Shown here: one piece after another, positions 7,766-18,687 of the stretch
Layout of the letters: each line of letters starts with the position of its first letter
Numbering within the stretch: position 1 is the stretch's first letter
Assembly: GCA_020048915.1 (NCBI GenBank)
Contig: JAIFLU010000074.1
Coordinates: 4,148 to 68,147 of the forward strand
Length of the DNA: 64,000 bases
Direction: 5' to 3'
Source: Bacteroidota bacterium
GTDB taxonomy: Bacteria; Bacteroidota; Bacteroidia; Bacteroidales; JAAUTT01
Made by a program: the position numbers and the translations under genes
The notes under the pieces: model-generated
What the model was told of the DNA's origin: nothing
Seen by the model: the letters and a program-made list of their open reading frames with translations, nothing else
Databases searched by the model: none

Positions 7766-8491
7766 ATGAATATTTGCATCGATATTGGAAATACGCAGGC
7801 AAAAATATCTCTCTTTAAAGGAGATACAATGACTGAAATGTTAAATTTCCCAGTAGTAGATGCCACTGTGTTGAATAATATTTTTATTAATCATCCAACC
7901 ATCCATCAGGGGATTTTAAGCAGTGTAAGGGCGGGCGACCATGAATTAATGCAGTTTCTAAAATCGACACTGAAAAAATTCATTGTTCTCGATGAAACAA
8001 CTCCAATACCTATACAAAACTTATATCAAACCAAGCAAACCCTCGGAAAGGATCGCCTGGCAGCAGTTGTAGGGGCAAATTACCTTTATCCCCAAAAAAA
8101 TGTTTTGGTAGTAGATGCCGGTAGCGCTATAACATTCGACTTAATTAACAGTAACGCCGAATTTTTAGGTGGAACTATTTCTCCCGGGTTGACAATGCGC
8201 TTTAAGGCACTCAACCACTTTACAAGCAGGTTGCCCCTGCTGGATCCGGCTGAAGGAACTCCGCTTATTGGGCGGAATACGAATGAGGCAATTATTGCCG
8301 GGGTTCAAAATGGATTGATTTTCGAAACAGATTCCTATATAAATGAACTAAATCGGCTTTATCCCGGGTTGATTACCCTAATTACCGGGGGCGATGCGAA
8401 ATTCTTTGATAATAAACTTAAAAATGCCATATTTGTGGTTTCAAATTTAGTACTCATCGGGTTAAACAGAATCTTAAATTTTAATGCGTAA
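7766..8491 (+). CDS. coaX: Type III pantothenate kinase
   Basis: N-terminal ICIDIGNTQAKISLF, VVDAGSAITFD and ITGGDA motifs. The length is about 240 aa. Confidence 0.9.
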   Translation: MNICIDIGNTQAKISLFKGDTMTEMLNFPVVDATVLNNIFINHPTIHQGILSSVRAGDHELMQFLKSTLKKFIVLDETTPIPIQNLYQTKQTLGKDRLAAVVGANYLYPQKNVLVVDAGSAITFDLINSNAEFLGGTISPGLTMRFKALNHFTSRLPLLDPAEGTPLIGRNTNEAIIAGVQNGLIFETDSYINELNRLYPGLITLITGGDAKFFDNKLKNAIFVVSNLVLIGLNRILNFNA

Positions 8492-9794
8492 ACTAGTTGT
8501 TATTTTAATCTCGTTTCTAAGCTTAACTGCTTTTAGCCAAACGAATACCTATTCCCCTTATTCAAGATTTGGGCTAGGAGATTTATCACGTCAGGGATTA
8601 GCTTTTAACAAAGCCATGGGTGGAGCAGGAATTGCACTGAGGCAGCCCAATACCCTGAACTTATTAAACCCGGCATCATACACCACCCAGGATACTCTAT
8701 CGTTTATCTTCGATTTCGGAGTTTTTTCCAATATAACGAATTACAAAACCACTGCGCGCGAAAGTCAGGCATCAAACCTTTCGCTCGACCATATTGTTTT
8801 TGGATTTCCTGTAACCAAATGGTGGAAAAGCAGTCTTGGTTTGGTACCCTATTCACGAATGGGATATAGCTTGTTTAATAGACCAATATCTACAATAACT
8901 ATAGAAAAAGAGGATGGGAAACATGCATTAACTTGGGAAAATGATTATCAAGGAACCGGAGGCTTAAACAAGCTTTTTTTGGGGAATGCATTTAAAATAA
9001 AAAACCTCTCTGTTGGCGTAAATTTTAATGTAGTATTCGGAACCCTTGAACAAACGCATAAATTGAGTTTCCCCTATGTTTCGGATTATTCAAGTCCGGA
9101 AAAGTATCAACGCCAGGCAATCCGGAGTACCCACTTCACTTTCGGCTTTCAATACGATGTGAAGTTAAGCAACGATTTTAAGATGGTTATTGGCGGAGTT
9201 CTTGAAAACAAGAGTCGGATGGTGTCTAAAACGTACCTGTTAAGTACAAGCTCCACTCCCTTTACAGCTATTAATCCCAATACCGGACAACCCGTAAATC
9301 AAATTTCCTTAGATACTTTGCAGTTTTACGATAAGAAAGTATATGACCATTTGCCTATGATGTATGGTGCTGGTCTATCGTTTAGCTACAAGAATAAGCT
9401 TACGCTTACGGGCGATTTTTCTACACAAAAATGGTCGGAGTATCAATCCTTTAATGCATTCGATTCTTTGGCCGATTCGCGTTACCTGAATTTTGGTTTG
9501 CAATACACTCCCGATCCTACATCCATTCGCAGTTACTGGAAGCGAATTAATTTCAGGGCAGGTTTTTATACCAACGACACATACCTTAAAATAAAGGGGC
9601 AGCAATTAAAAGATTATGGTGTTTCTTTTGGGATGCGGCTTCCATTAAAAGGGAGCAGATCGGCACTGCAAATTTCGTACGAATATGGGAAACGGGGAAC
9701 AACCGATTATAACCTGATCGAGGAAAACTACCATGCTATAAATTTGAGTGTATCGCTATACGATTTTTGGTTTATGAAATCGAAATTCGATTAG
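8484..9794 (+). CDS. Predicted outer-membrane beta-barrel protein (conserved neighbour of coaX/lptC)
   Basis: Signal peptide, SPYSRFGLGDL N-terminal motif, a strand-like alternating pattern and a C-terminal aromatic residue (KSKFD preceded by FWFM). It overlaps coaX by 8 nt. Confidence 0.55.
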   Translation: MRKLVVILISFLSLTAFSQTNTYSPYSRFGLGDLSRQGLAFNKAMGGAGIALRQPNTLNLLNPASYTTQDTLSFIFDFGVFSNITNYKTTARESQASNLSLDHIVFGFPVTKWWKSSLGLVPYSRMGYSLFNRPISTITIEKEDGKHALTWENDYQGTGGLNKLFLGNAFKIKNLSVGVNFNVVFGTLEQTHKLSFPYVSDYSSPEKYQRQAIRSTHFTFGFQYDVKLSNDFKMVIGGVLENKSRMVSKTYLLSTSSTPFTAINPNTGQPVNQISLDTLQFYDKKVYDHLPMMYGAGLSFSYKNKLTLTGDFSTQKWSEYQSFNAFDSLADSRYLNFGLQYTPDPTSIRSYWKRINFRAGFYTNDTYLKIKGQQLKDYGVSFGMRLPLKGSRSALQISYEYGKRGTTDYNLIEENYHAINLSVSLYDFWFMKSKFD

Positions 9795-9827
9795 TCACTT
9801 AAAAATTAAGTTATACTTCACCTTAAA

Positions 9828-10451
9828 ATGGTTCGTGAAAAACAGAATCTCGTAACTGAAAATGGAAGGATTTCCTGTGCGGCCTTCATGAACGCTGCAT
9901 ATGTTATACGGCTGTTTTTTCTTTCAGTAATTTTAACCGGAGCATTTGTTTTTGTATCGTGTTCTAACGATTTAGAAGTAGTTCAATCGTTCAAAGATCC
10001 GACAAAAGTGCCCAAAACACAAGTTAAAAACACCGAAACCTTTTACTACGATTCAGCAAAACTGTTGGTTCGCGTAACTTCACCCAATTCGTTGTTTTAT
10101 AAAGATGCAAAAGAACCTTATCTGGAGTTTCCTTCAGGAATTCACGTTCAATTTTACGATAGTTTGAAAAATGTAAATACAGAAGTGACTTCGAAGTATG
10201 CAATTTATTATGAAGCTAAAAAACTTTGGGAGGCCCGGAAGGATGTTGTGGTTATCAGCAAAGACGGCAAGCAGCTTAAAACGGAACAGCTTTTTTGGGA
10301 TCAGAATCTGAAAATTATTTATTCAAATAAGTTCTGTCGGGTAACTACATCTTCAGTAAACCTGACAGGAAATAAATTTACTGCCAAGGAAGATTTCTCT
10401 ACCTACGAATTAAAAGATGTTCAAGGACCACTACAGGTAAAAGATGAGTAA
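9828..10451 (+). CDS. LptC-like LPS export periplasmic protein (alternative start at 9888)
   Basis: Single N-terminal anchor (FFLSVILTGAFVFVSC) and a size of about 190-207 aa. The call rests on synteny with coaX and ppiD as in other Bacteroidota, not on a strong motif. Confidence 0.5.
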   Translation: MVREKQNLVTENGRISCAAFMNAAYVIRLFFLSVILTGAFVFVSCSNDLEVVQSFKDPTKVPKTQVKNTETFYYDSAKLLVRVTSPNSLFYKDAKEPYLEFPSGIHVQFYDSLKNVNTEVTSKYAIYYEAKKLWEARKDVVVISKDGKQLKTEQLFWDQNLKIIYSNKFCRVTTSSVNLTGNKFTAKEDFSTYELKDVQGPLQVKDE

Positions 10452-10638
10452 AAAAATATTTAGTTACATACTCGAATTTGTTTGGTTTATAGTCGGGGTA
10501 GCTGCCGGAGCTAGTGCTATAAATGCCCTGATAAACAGCGATTCGAAAAATGGATATTTGATGCTGACATTCAGTGTAGTTGGTTTTGCCATGTTTTATT
10601 TCAGACGACGGCTGCGTAAGAATCGCCACGACGATTGA
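10444..10638 (+). CDS. Small two-TM membrane protein (64 aa)
   Basis: Overlaps the lptC-like stop by 8 nt. It has two hydrophobic helices and a basic tail RRRLRKNRHDD. Confidence 0.45.
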   Translation: MSKKIFSYILEFVWFIVGVAAGASAINALINSDSKNGYLMLTFSVVGFAMFYFRRRLRKNRHDD

Positions 10639-10811
10639 TTTGGGGGTGATAGTAACACCATAATCTATCAAATAAAATTATATCCATTCGCACAGCAGGT
10701 TATAATTAATAAAGGCGGTTTTTCGAAGTTTTTTTCCAGCCATCGAAGAACAATTACTTTAAATTCTTATATTCGTACCGCAAAATTTTAACGTAAAATA
10801 CTGAATAGCTT

Positions 10812-12920
10812 ATGCCTGTACTTGAGAAAATAAGAAGTAAAGCGGGGATTTTTATAGCCGTTTTCATTGGATTTGCATTGTTAGCGTTTATTTTAGGAGA
10901 CTTTTTTAATTCTGGTCAATCCTTGTTTAATCAATCGCAAATGGAAGTTGCCACCATGAATGGTAAATCGGTTTCTTTTCCTGAATTTGAGACAAAATTA
11001 AACGAGATTACCGAAGTTTATAAACTCAAAAGCGGTCAAACCACTATTCCCGAAAATGTTAGCGAATCGCTTAAAGAACAGGCATGGCAAGAAATGCTGA
11101 TTGAAAATGTATTGAACCCCGAATATGAAAAACTTGGTTTAACTGTTGGCAAAGATGAGTTAACCGACCTTGTTACCGGAAACAATCCATCGCCGGTTAT
11201 CCGTCAAAATTTTGGCGATCCGAATACCGGAGAGATAAACAAAGCTGGTATTGCCCGTATTTGGAACAACAGCGAAGCGAATCCTACCTGGGAAACGTTG
11301 GTGATCGCAATAGAAAAAGACATTACTACCGAACGTGCTTACACCAAATATGCGAACATATTGCGTAAAGGACTCTATGTGCCTAAGTTTATGTCGAAAA
11401 ACGATTTTATTGAGACCAACGAAAAAGTAGAAGTTGGTTTTATTGTAAAGCGGTATACTGATATTGGCGATTCTGCTGTTAAAGTTACTTCCAGCGACCT
11501 GAAAAAATATTACAGTGAGCATAAGTACCTTTTTGAGCAAACTCCTTCGCGCGATTTGGAATATATTACATTCGATATAGTTCCTTCTAAGGACGATTTT
11601 AATAAGGCTAGCGAATATATCAATAAAGTAAAAGCGGAGTTTGAAACTACCGAAGATGCTAAACTTTATGTAAACAGTAATTCCGATACCCAGTTCGATA
11701 GTAAGTTTTACAAACAAGGCGAATTGAGCGATTCGTTGAATAAGTTTATGTTTGCTGCAAATGAGGGCGCTGTTTTTGGCCCATATTTCGAGAACGAAAC
11801 CTATAAATTAGCCCGATTGGTTAAAGTAGGTAATATACCCGATTCCGTAAAAGCTCAACATATATTGATTACCCCAACTGAGCAATCACAGGCTGGAGTT
11901 GATAAAGCAAAAGTATTAGCCGATTCGATAAAAACAGCCCTTGAAAAAGGAGGGAACTTTATTGAGATGGCAATTAGATTCTCTGCCGATAAAGCAAGTT
12001 TACAAAAAGGCGGAGATTTAGGTTGGTTTAAAGAAGGAATGATGGTTCCTCAATTTAACGATGCTGCTTTTTCGATGAGAAAGGGTGAGGTTAAAGTTGT
12101 GGAAACTCAATACGGGTATCATGTTCTTCAGTTAACTGATAAAGGCCCCGAAGTTAAAAAGGTTCAGGTTGCTGTGTTGGCCCGCAAAGTTGATGCGAGT
12201 ACACAAACCAATCAGATAATTTATTCTCAGGCGAGTAAATTTGCTTCGGAGAACCGTACCCAGGACCAGTTCAATAAAGCCATTGAAGCTTCGAAAGGCG
12301 CTATTCAGAAAAAATTGGCCAGCAGTCTTACATTAAACGACAAAAACATTGCCGGTTTAGAGCAACCTCGCGCTGTAATCCAATGGGCTTATAAGGCAAA
12401 GAAAGGCGAAGTTTCGGAAGTGATCAACTTGCAGAATGCTTTTGTTGTGGCCGTGGTATCGCAGGTTCGCGAAGATAAATTTGCCAGTTTTGAGCAAGTT
12501 AAATCCGAAATTGAGTTAACCGTGCGTAAGGAAAAGAAAGGCGATTTATTAGCTGAACAAATTACGAAAGCTAAAGGCGGGGTAAGTTCTATTCAGGATT
12601 TAGCTTCCAAATTAGGCGTAAATGTTGAATCGGCTTCTGCAATCAGCTTCTCATCTTTTTCTATCGGCTCTGCTGGTATCGAGCCTAAACTCATTGCTAC
12701 CTCCATGTTAACCAAGCCAAACCAACTGTCGGAACCGGTTAAGGGAAACAATGGCGTTTATGTAGCATATGTGACATCTAAAACCCCAGCTGAAGGAAAA
12801 GATTATACGATGTCGGAGCAGAAATTATCCTATACCCTTCAGTCAAGAGCAAATTATGAGTTTTTCGAATCGTTGAAAAAATTAGCAAATATTGACGATA
12901 ATCGTGGTAAATTCTATTAG
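10812..12920 (+). CDS. ppiD: PpiD-like periplasmic chaperone / parvulin-type peptidyl-prolyl isomerase
   Basis: N-terminal TM anchor and a parvulin domain AQHILI...GGDLGWFKEGMMVPQFNDAAF...GYHVLQL. The length is 702 aa. Confidence 0.85.
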   Translation: MPVLEKIRSKAGIFIAVFIGFALLAFILGDFFNSGQSLFNQSQMEVATMNGKSVSFPEFETKLNEITEVYKLKSGQTTIPENVSESLKEQAWQEMLIENVLNPEYEKLGLTVGKDELTDLVTGNNPSPVIRQNFGDPNTGEINKAGIARIWNNSEANPTWETLVIAIEKDITTERAYTKYANILRKGLYVPKFMSKNDFIETNEKVEVGFIVKRYTDIGDSAVKVTSSDLKKYYSEHKYLFEQTPSRDLEYITFDIVPSKDDFNKASEYINKVKAEFETTEDAKLYVNSNSDTQFDSKFYKQGELSDSLNKFMFAANEGAVFGPYFENETYKLARLVKVGNIPDSVKAQHILITPTEQSQAGVDKAKVLADSIKTALEKGGNFIEMAIRFSADKASLQKGGDLGWFKEGMMVPQFNDAAFSMRKGEVKVVETQYGYHVLQLTDKGPEVKKVQVAVLARKVDASTQTNQIIYSQASKFASENRTQDQFNKAIEASKGAIQKKLASSLTLNDKNIAGLEQPRAVIQWAYKAKKGEVSEVINLQNAFVVAVVSQVREDKFASFEQVKSEIELTVRKEKKGDLLAEQITKAKGGVSSIQDLASKLGVNVESASAISFSSFSIGSAGIEPKLIATSMLTKPNQLSEPVKGNNGVYVAYVTSKTPAEGKDYTMSEQKLSYTLQSRANYEFFESLKKLANIDDNRGKFY

Positions 12921-12996
12921 AAACAAGGAACGATTTGCCGGAAATTAGTAAGGTAAATAACTTATTCATAACCCTTTTATAAAAGGGACTTAAAAC

Positions 12997-13029
12997 AAAA
13001 AGAGGGTCAGAATACTGAACCCTCTTTTT
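12997..13029. terminator. Bidirectional terminator hairpin between convergent ppiD and yqeY
   Basis: Stem agagggt (13001-13007) with accctct (13019-13025), flanked by an A-run and a T-run. Confidence 0.6.
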
Positions 13030-13161
13030 CATTTGAACTAACTACTACTATTTGTCAACTAACTATTTTAAATTCGTTTTGAATATCAGTGTATATATGT
13101 AATATAGCTCCAAATTAAAATGATCTTACTTTATCACCAACGTTTGGGAGTATCCCGGCAT

Positions 13162-13611
13162 TTATTGAAGCAATTCTTTTACTTTCTGGGAAATGATCTT
13201 TCCATCAACCTTTCCTGATAATTCTTTAGCAGCTAACCCCATTACTTTACCAAAATCGGCCGGTGTTTTAGCCCCGGTTTTCTCGACAATGCTTTTAATG
13301 ATAGCGTTTATTTCGTCCTCGCTCAAAGGGGCAGGAAGATATGCTTCAATTACGCCCGCTTCCAGAATTTCTTTATCGTATAAATCTATTCTGTTTTGCT
13401 GTTGGTAAATTTCAGCCGATTCACGCCTTTGCTTAATGAGCTTTTGAACTATTTTCAGTTCGGTTTCGGGCAAAAGCTCATCAGACCCTGCTTTTTCAGT
13501 TTTTGCTAATAAAAAGGCAGCCTTAATTGCTCTTAGCGCTTCCAGTTTATCTTTTTCCCTGGCAAGCATTGCTTTTTTTATATCTTCGTTTACCTGATCG
13601 AATAAACTCAT
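13162..13611 (-). CDS. yqeY: GatB/YqeY domain-containing protein
   Basis: 149 aa. Contains MLAREKDKLEALRAIKAAF...QRRESAEIY...GR.DL..KE, typical of the YqeY family. Confidence 0.85.
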   Translation of the reverse strand: MSLFDQVNEDIKKAMLAREKDKLEALRAIKAAFLLAKTEKAGSDELLPETELKIVQKLIKQRRESAEIYQQQNRIDLYDKEILEAGVIEAYLPAPLSEDEINAIIKSIVEKTGAKTPADFGKVMGLAAKELSGKVDGKIISQKVKELLQ

Positions 13612-13652
13612 GGTGTTTGGATTTAATATTATTTAATTCATTAGTAACTACT

Positions 13653-15122
13653 TTAATCTACATTGTCATGCAAATACTGGTTATTCGAACGAAGGCGCAT
13701 CTGATTGTCGTCGTCGCTCCCAAGTGTTAACCTCGACACATTCGATTCTTTCGAGGGAACAGAGGCTTCCAAATCAATATTTTTTCGCCGGTAGGCAGGG
13801 ATAGCTTCCAATTTATCGATGTTTGCCCGTTCATCAGTTTGTGCCAAACCGGCTTCTTTGAATTTTTCGGTACTTTTTTGAAGGGTTTTAATACGCTCTA
13901 CTGCTTTTCTGGCTGAATGAATATCGGTTTTCGAGTCGGTTGTTTTGGTATTATAAACAGGGAAGCCACCGTTTTCGAAATCCAACCCTTCAAATTCGAG
14001 CGAACGTTGGTATGGACTTGGATCCAATTCAATTGTCTGGGAGTTTTTATCTACTACCTGAAAATCAACTTCCGATCGGTGTAACGACCGACTATCGTAC
14101 AAAGGAATTTTCTCGGCTTCTTTGCGGTAAACATTCAGTTCAGGGACACTATTAGCTGTAAAGCCGGTAGCAATTATGGTAACATTAATCTGGTTGCCTA
14201 ATCGTTCGTCTAATCCGGCTCCCCAAATTACCAAAGCTTCGCGCGATAGCGAGGCAGAAATGAAATCGGTAATCTGACCAACTTCGTCCATGGATATTTC
14301 TTCGATACCATAGGTAATATTCAGCAGAATGCTCTTGGCACCTGTAATATCGTTATTGTTTAATAATGGAGAAGCCAGTGCCAGTTGAGTAGCCAATAGC
14401 GCCCGATTTTCACCTTCGGCAGTTCCGGAACCTAACAATGCCACACCGCTATTTGACATAACGGTTTGAACATCTGCAAAGTCCACGTTTATATACCCCG
14501 AAACGGTAATCATTTCGGCAATTCCCTTTGCGGCGGTGGTTAATATGTCGTCGGCTTTGGCAAATGCCTGTCCCAGTTTCAAATTGCCGTATATTTCGCG
14601 AAGTTTTTCGTTGCTAATAATAAGGAGCGAATCAACATGTTCCTGCAACTCCTTAATTCCGTCTACAGCCTGTTTAAAGCGCTGGGCACCTTCAAACTGA
14701 AAAGGTATGGTGACAATAGCAACAGTTAACAAACCAAGTTCTTTGGCAATGCGGGCAATTACCGGAGCCGCACCTGTACCGGTACCACCGCCCATTCCGG
14801 CAGTAATAAATACCATTTTGGTGTTTTTCGAAAGCAACTCAACCAATTCGTCAACGGTTTCGAGAGCTGCCTGTCGGCCTATTTCGGGCTTATTGCCGGC
14901 GCCAAGTCCCTGCGTGGCTTTGGCCCCTAGTTGTAGTTTTACAGGAATCGGGCTTTTTTCGAGTGCCTGCGCATCGGTGTTACATATTACAAAGTTGACA
15001 TCTTTAATGCCCTGCTGGTACATATAGTTTACAGCATTTCCTCCACCGCCCCCAACACCAATCACTTTAATGATTGCCGAACGTTCTAAAGGAAGGTCGA
15101 AGTTTATCAGCTCTTCTGCCAT
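13653..15122 (-). CDS. ftsZ: Cell division GTPase FtsZ
   Basis: IGVGGGGGNAVNYM and GMGGGTGTGAAPV tubulin signatures, a long disordered C-terminal linker and a terminal conserved peptide. Last gene of the dcw cluster. Confidence 0.97.
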   Translation of the reverse strand: MAEELINFDLPLERSAIIKVIGVGGGGGNAVNYMYQQGIKDVNFVICNTDAQALEKSPIPVKLQLGAKATQGLGAGNKPEIGRQAALETVDELVELLSKNTKMVFITAGMGGGTGTGAAPVIARIAKELGLLTVAIVTIPFQFEGAQRFKQAVDGIKELQEHVDSLLIISNEKLREIYGNLKLGQAFAKADDILTTAAKGIAEMITVSGYINVDFADVQTVMSNSGVALLGSGTAEGENRALLATQLALASPLLNNNDITGAKSILLNITYGIEEISMDEVGQITDFISASLSREALVIWGAGLDERLGNQINVTIIATGFTANSVPELNVYRKEAEKIPLYDSRSLHRSEVDFQVVDKNSQTIELDPSPYQRSLEFEGLDFENGGFPVYNTKTTDSKTDIHSARKAVERIKTLQKSTEKFKEAGLAQTDERANIDKLEAIPAYRRKNIDLEASVPSKESNVSRLTLGSDDDNQMRLRSNNQYLHDNVD

Positions 15123-15142
15123 GGTTATTTAGGTTTTAGGAT

Positions 15143-16498
15143 TTACATTTTTGCACTATTGTCTTCAAACATTTCGGTGAGGATTTTTTTCAGGGAACGA
15201 ATAGGGCTACTTTTCGGAGCTTCTTTTTCTTTCTCTGTTTCTTCCTCTTCAACAACCGCTTTGGGAGTTGCCTTAGCAGCAACAGGCTCTTCAATAATAG
15301 GTTTTTCAATTTCCCGTTCCGGTTGATCCTCCCATTTCGAATCGAGGTATTCGAAACCTTTCATTAAAAGTCCGACACTGGTTGCATACATCGGCTGGTT
15401 AACATCATCGCTTACTGTTCCTACCAGGTGTTCGTTCGGATAACCAATGCGAACATCCATACCGGTTTTAAACCTAACCAGCTGTGGAAGGTGTTTCAAC
15501 ATGGCACCACCACCCGTAATAACAATACCGGCACTTAAACGATCGGCATATTCGGAGTTTTCGATTTCGAACATGACTGCATCCAGAATCTCTTCCATCC
15601 GCGATTGAATAATGAAAGCAAGGCTTTTCTCTGAAATTTCTTTCGATTCCCTACCCGAAATACCCGGAATGGCAATTACCCTGTTTTCGGCTGCAAAATC
15701 GCCCAAAGCAGAACCATGTTTCATTTTCAGGACTTCGGCCTGTTTCTCCAGAATGGCACATCCTTCTTTTATATCCTTGGTGATAACATAACCACCAAAA
15801 GGAATTACAGCAGTATGGCGGATAATCCCATCGTGATATACTGCAATATCAGTTGTTCCGCCACCTATATCCACAAGGGCTACTCCGGCTTCTTTTTCGT
15901 CGTCGGTCAAAACAGCAGAGGAGGATGCCAATGGTTCCAGTACCAGATCCTGTATTTGCATTCCCACCCGGTTAATACATTTTTCTATGTTTTTTGCCGA
16001 CGAAATATTTCCAATTACAATATGGAAATTCGCTTCGAGCCTTATACCAGACATGCCAACAGGGTTTTTGATCCCTGTTTCGTTATCCACAATAAAGCTT
16101 TGAGGCAGCACATGAATTATTTCTTCGCCAATATCAATTGGTATTTTGTGAGCATCGCGCAGCAAGCGTTTCACGTCGTCGTGGGTTATTTCATCGTCGT
16201 ACGAATCGCGGTTTATATATCCCCTGGTTTTTAAACTTTTTATATGCTGACCTGCAATTCCTACAAATACGTCCCTGAGTTTAATGCCTGTTCGCTGCTG
16301 CACATCGTTTACCACCTGTGATATGGCGTTAACAGTTTCGTCGATGTTCTGCACTACGCCTCGTTTTACACCAGTAGATATAGTTTTGCTAAGACCTAAG
16401 ATCTCTAATTTATTGTTTGGATGGCGTTTTCCAACTAATGCTACTATTTTGGTTGTTCCAATGTCAATAGCTGCTACAATGTCGTTTTTTTGTATCAT
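15143..16498 (-). CDS. ftsA: Cell division protein FtsA
   Basis: Actin-like ATPase motifs AIDIGTTKIVALVG and VDIGGGTTDIAV. Acidic linker plus a C-terminal amphipathic helix. Confidence 0.95.
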   Translation of the reverse strand: MIQKNDIVAAIDIGTTKIVALVGKRHPNNKLEILGLSKTISTGVKRGVVQNIDETVNAISQVVNDVQQRTGIKLRDVFVGIAGQHIKSLKTRGYINRDSYDDEITHDDVKRLLRDAHKIPIDIGEEIIHVLPQSFIVDNETGIKNPVGMSGIRLEANFHIVIGNISSAKNIEKCINRVGMQIQDLVLEPLASSSAVLTDDEKEAGVALVDIGGGTTDIAVYHDGIIRHTAVIPFGGYVITKDIKEGCAILEKQAEVLKMKHGSALGDFAAENRVIAIPGISGRESKEISEKSLAFIIQSRMEEILDAVMFEIENSEYADRLSAGIVITGGGAMLKHLPQLVRFKTGMDVRIGYPNEHLVGTVSDDVNQPMYATSVGLLMKGFEYLDSKWEDQPEREIEKPIIEEPVAAKATPKAVVEEEETEKEKEAPKSSPIRSLKKILTEMFEDNSAKM

Positions 16499-16503
16499 GA
16501 TGA

Positions 16504-17289
16504 TTACCTTTTAGTGCAAATAACCTGGCCTTTATATTTTAAATTTATTGTTTCGTATTTATTCCAACCAACAGCATTAAGGCCATTGATGTAAAGTGAT
16601 TCCAAATTGTTGAATTTCTCCTCACAATTGCTGATATCGCCAAAAACTATTACGTGAGAGCCAACCCTGGGAATTAATTCAATGTCGTAATTCGCGTTCA
16701 CATATATTTGTTGAATCTGGGCTTTCCAGAATTCGTTTTCATCTATATATTTTGCCAATTGGTAGATTTCATTCATCAGGGATCGTTTTCCTGGTCGGAG
16801 AAAGTCACTTACATTTTGGCTTTTCCCGTTTTGTGCCGGTGCTTTTATAAAACCATTGGCCACCGGAACATGCGAAGTATATTTTCCCGAAAGGCGCATT
16901 AGAAATCCATGGTCGTCGATATAGTAGCTTTGGTTTGAAATATCAAATATTCGAACGATAGGATTTCGTTGCTTAATTTCTACCACAACCTTTCCATTAG
17001 CGGTTTTAAAAACCTCGGCATTTTCAACTGGCGGAAATGTTTTTAGTTCTGCTTCGATAGATTTCAGATCGATGTTTTTATAGTTTTTGCCTATCAGTTT
17101 TATTTTTTTGTTATAGAGTAAGTTAAGAATGTCGCGTGGTTGAATAAACCCGTTTTGCGTACTATCCACAATTCTTACCACAATCATTTTACATACCAGT
17201 TCGCTTTTGCGAGAGCCCACAAAGCTTACTGTTATTGACAAAAATGAAACGATTGCTGCAAAAATCAATATGTTTTTTACGCTATGCAT
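16504..17289 (-). CDS. ftsQ: Cell division protein FtsQ
   Basis: Single N-terminal TM and a POTRA-like region. It lies between murC and ftsA. Confidence 0.8.
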   Translation of the reverse strand: MHSVKNILIFAAIVSFLSITVSFVGSRKSELVCKMIVVRIVDSTQNGFIQPRDILNLLYNKKIKLIGKNYKNIDLKSIEAELKTFPPVENAEVFKTANGKVVVEIKQRNPIVRIFDISNQSYYIDDHGFLMRLSGKYTSHVPVANGFIKAPAQNGKSQNVSDFLRPGKRSLMNEIYQLAKYIDENEFWKAQIQQIYVNANYDIELIPRVGSHVIVFGDISNCEEKFNNLESLYINGLNAVGWNKYETINLKYKGQVICTKR

Positions 17290-17292
17290 CCT

Positions 17293-18687
17293 TTATTCGT
17301 TCAGCTTATATTGGGTTATAAAAAATTCTTTCATGGGTTTAAGAAACGTGTCAATGTCGCCAGCACCCATGGTTAAAACGATATCGGGCTTTTCGATTGT
17401 TTCGAGTACCGAAAGCAATTCAGTTTTATTACAGAGAATCTTGTTTTTGTTTTTAATGCGATCGAAAATTATATTCGATGTAACCCCAGGAATTGGTTTT
17501 TCACGAGCCGGATAAATATCAAGCAGAATTACCTGGTCGAGTAGATCGAGGCTTTGCGCAAATTCAGCAGCAAAATCCTGGGTGCGCGAAAATAAATGGG
17601 GCTGAAAAATTCCTGTTACAAATTTTCCCGGATAAAGCTCTTTCACCGACGAAATTGTATAACGCAATTCTTCCGGATGATGCCCATAATCATCTATCAT
17701 CATAAAATCCCGATGACGGATGTGGACATCGAACCGACGTTGTACGCCAAGGAACGATTTCATGGCCTCCCGTATTTCCTCGCGATATGCCCCTGCCAGC
17801 AATGCCATTGCATAAGCTGCGATAGCATTTTCTACATTTAGTAATCCCGGAAAACCGAGCGTGATGTCAGTAATCTTCCCAAACGGAGTATTCAGGTCGA
17901 AATGATAAAGACCATCTTTGGCAATTATTTTTTCAGCATAAAAATCAGCCTCTTCATCCAGCGAATAGGTATATATCCGAACGTGTGAAGGATTTCCTGT
18001 CTCCAATCCTTTTTTTATTACCAGGCAGCCTCCGGCCTGTATTTGAGAAATGAACTGCCAGAAGGCTTTTTTCACCTCTTCGTGTGTACCGTATATATCC
18101 AGATGGTCGGCATCCATGGCTGTAACCACAGCAAGTCGCGGATATAGCTGAAGGAATGAGCGGTCGTACTCATCGGCTTCGGCCACCACAAAACTGCTCG
18201 TTTCGGAGAGAAGTAAGTTGGAGCCATAATTTAGGGAAATTCCCCCCAGAAAAGCACTGCAACCGAGGTGCGATTGTTTCAGTAAATGGGCTGTGATAGT
18301 CGATGTGGTTGTCTTACCATGGGTTCCGGCAATAGCAATAACGTCTTTCGATTTCGAAATCAACCCTAATACTTCTGCACGTTTTTTTATACTGAATCCG
18401 TTTTTTAATAAAAACAGATATTCGGAGTGAGTAGCAGGAACAGCCGGAGTATAAACAACAAGCGTATTGGCGGAATCCGAAAGCATCGCAGCCGGAATGG
18501 CGTTCACATCATCGGTATAATGAATAGCAATACCTTCCTGTTCAAGCAGACGGGAAAGATCGGTTGCAGTGCGATCGTAACCGGCAACCTGTTTCCCCAG
18601 GGTATGGAAATACCTTGCCAGGGCGCTCATTCCGATGCCGCCAATTCCTAAAAAATAAACGTTTTTTATGTTGTTTATATCACTCAT
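17293..18687 (-). CDS. murC: UDP-N-acetylmuramate--L-alanine ligase
   Basis: FLGIGGIGMSALA and AGTHGKTTTSTI Mur ligase motifs. The position in the dcw cluster fits. Confidence 0.95.
   Translation of the reverse strand: MSDINNIKNVYFLGIGGIGMSALARYFHTLGKQVAGYDRTATDLSRLLEQEGIAIHYTDDVNAIPAAMLSDSANTLVVYTPAVPATHSEYLFLLKNGFSIKKRAEVLGLISKSKDVIAIAGTHGKTTTSTITAHLLKQSHLGCSAFLGGISLNYGSNLLLSETSSFVVAEADEYDRSFLQLYPRLAVVTAMDADHLDIYGTHEEVKKAFWQFISQIQAGGCLVIKKGLETGNPSHVRIYTYSLDEEADFYAEKIIAKDGLYHFDLNTPFGKITDITLGFPGLLNVENAIAAYAMALLAGAYREEIREAMKSFLGVQRRFDVHIRHRDFMMIDDYGHHPEELRYTISSVKELYPGKFVTGIFQPHLFSRTQDFAAEFAQSLDLLDQVILLDIYPAREKPIPGVTSNIIFDRIKNKNKILCNKTELLSVLETIEKPDIVLTMGAGDIDTFLKPMKEFFITQYKLNE

Noticed and set aside
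11160-11717. 185-aa minus-strand ORF inside ppiD
   Set aside because: It is antisense to a well-supported 702-aa PPIase gene and is a low-complexity, Ile/Phe-rich shadow ORF.
15716-16234. 172-aa plus-strand ORF inside ftsA
   Set aside because: It is antisense to ftsA, which carries unambiguous actin-fold motifs. It is a shadow ORF.
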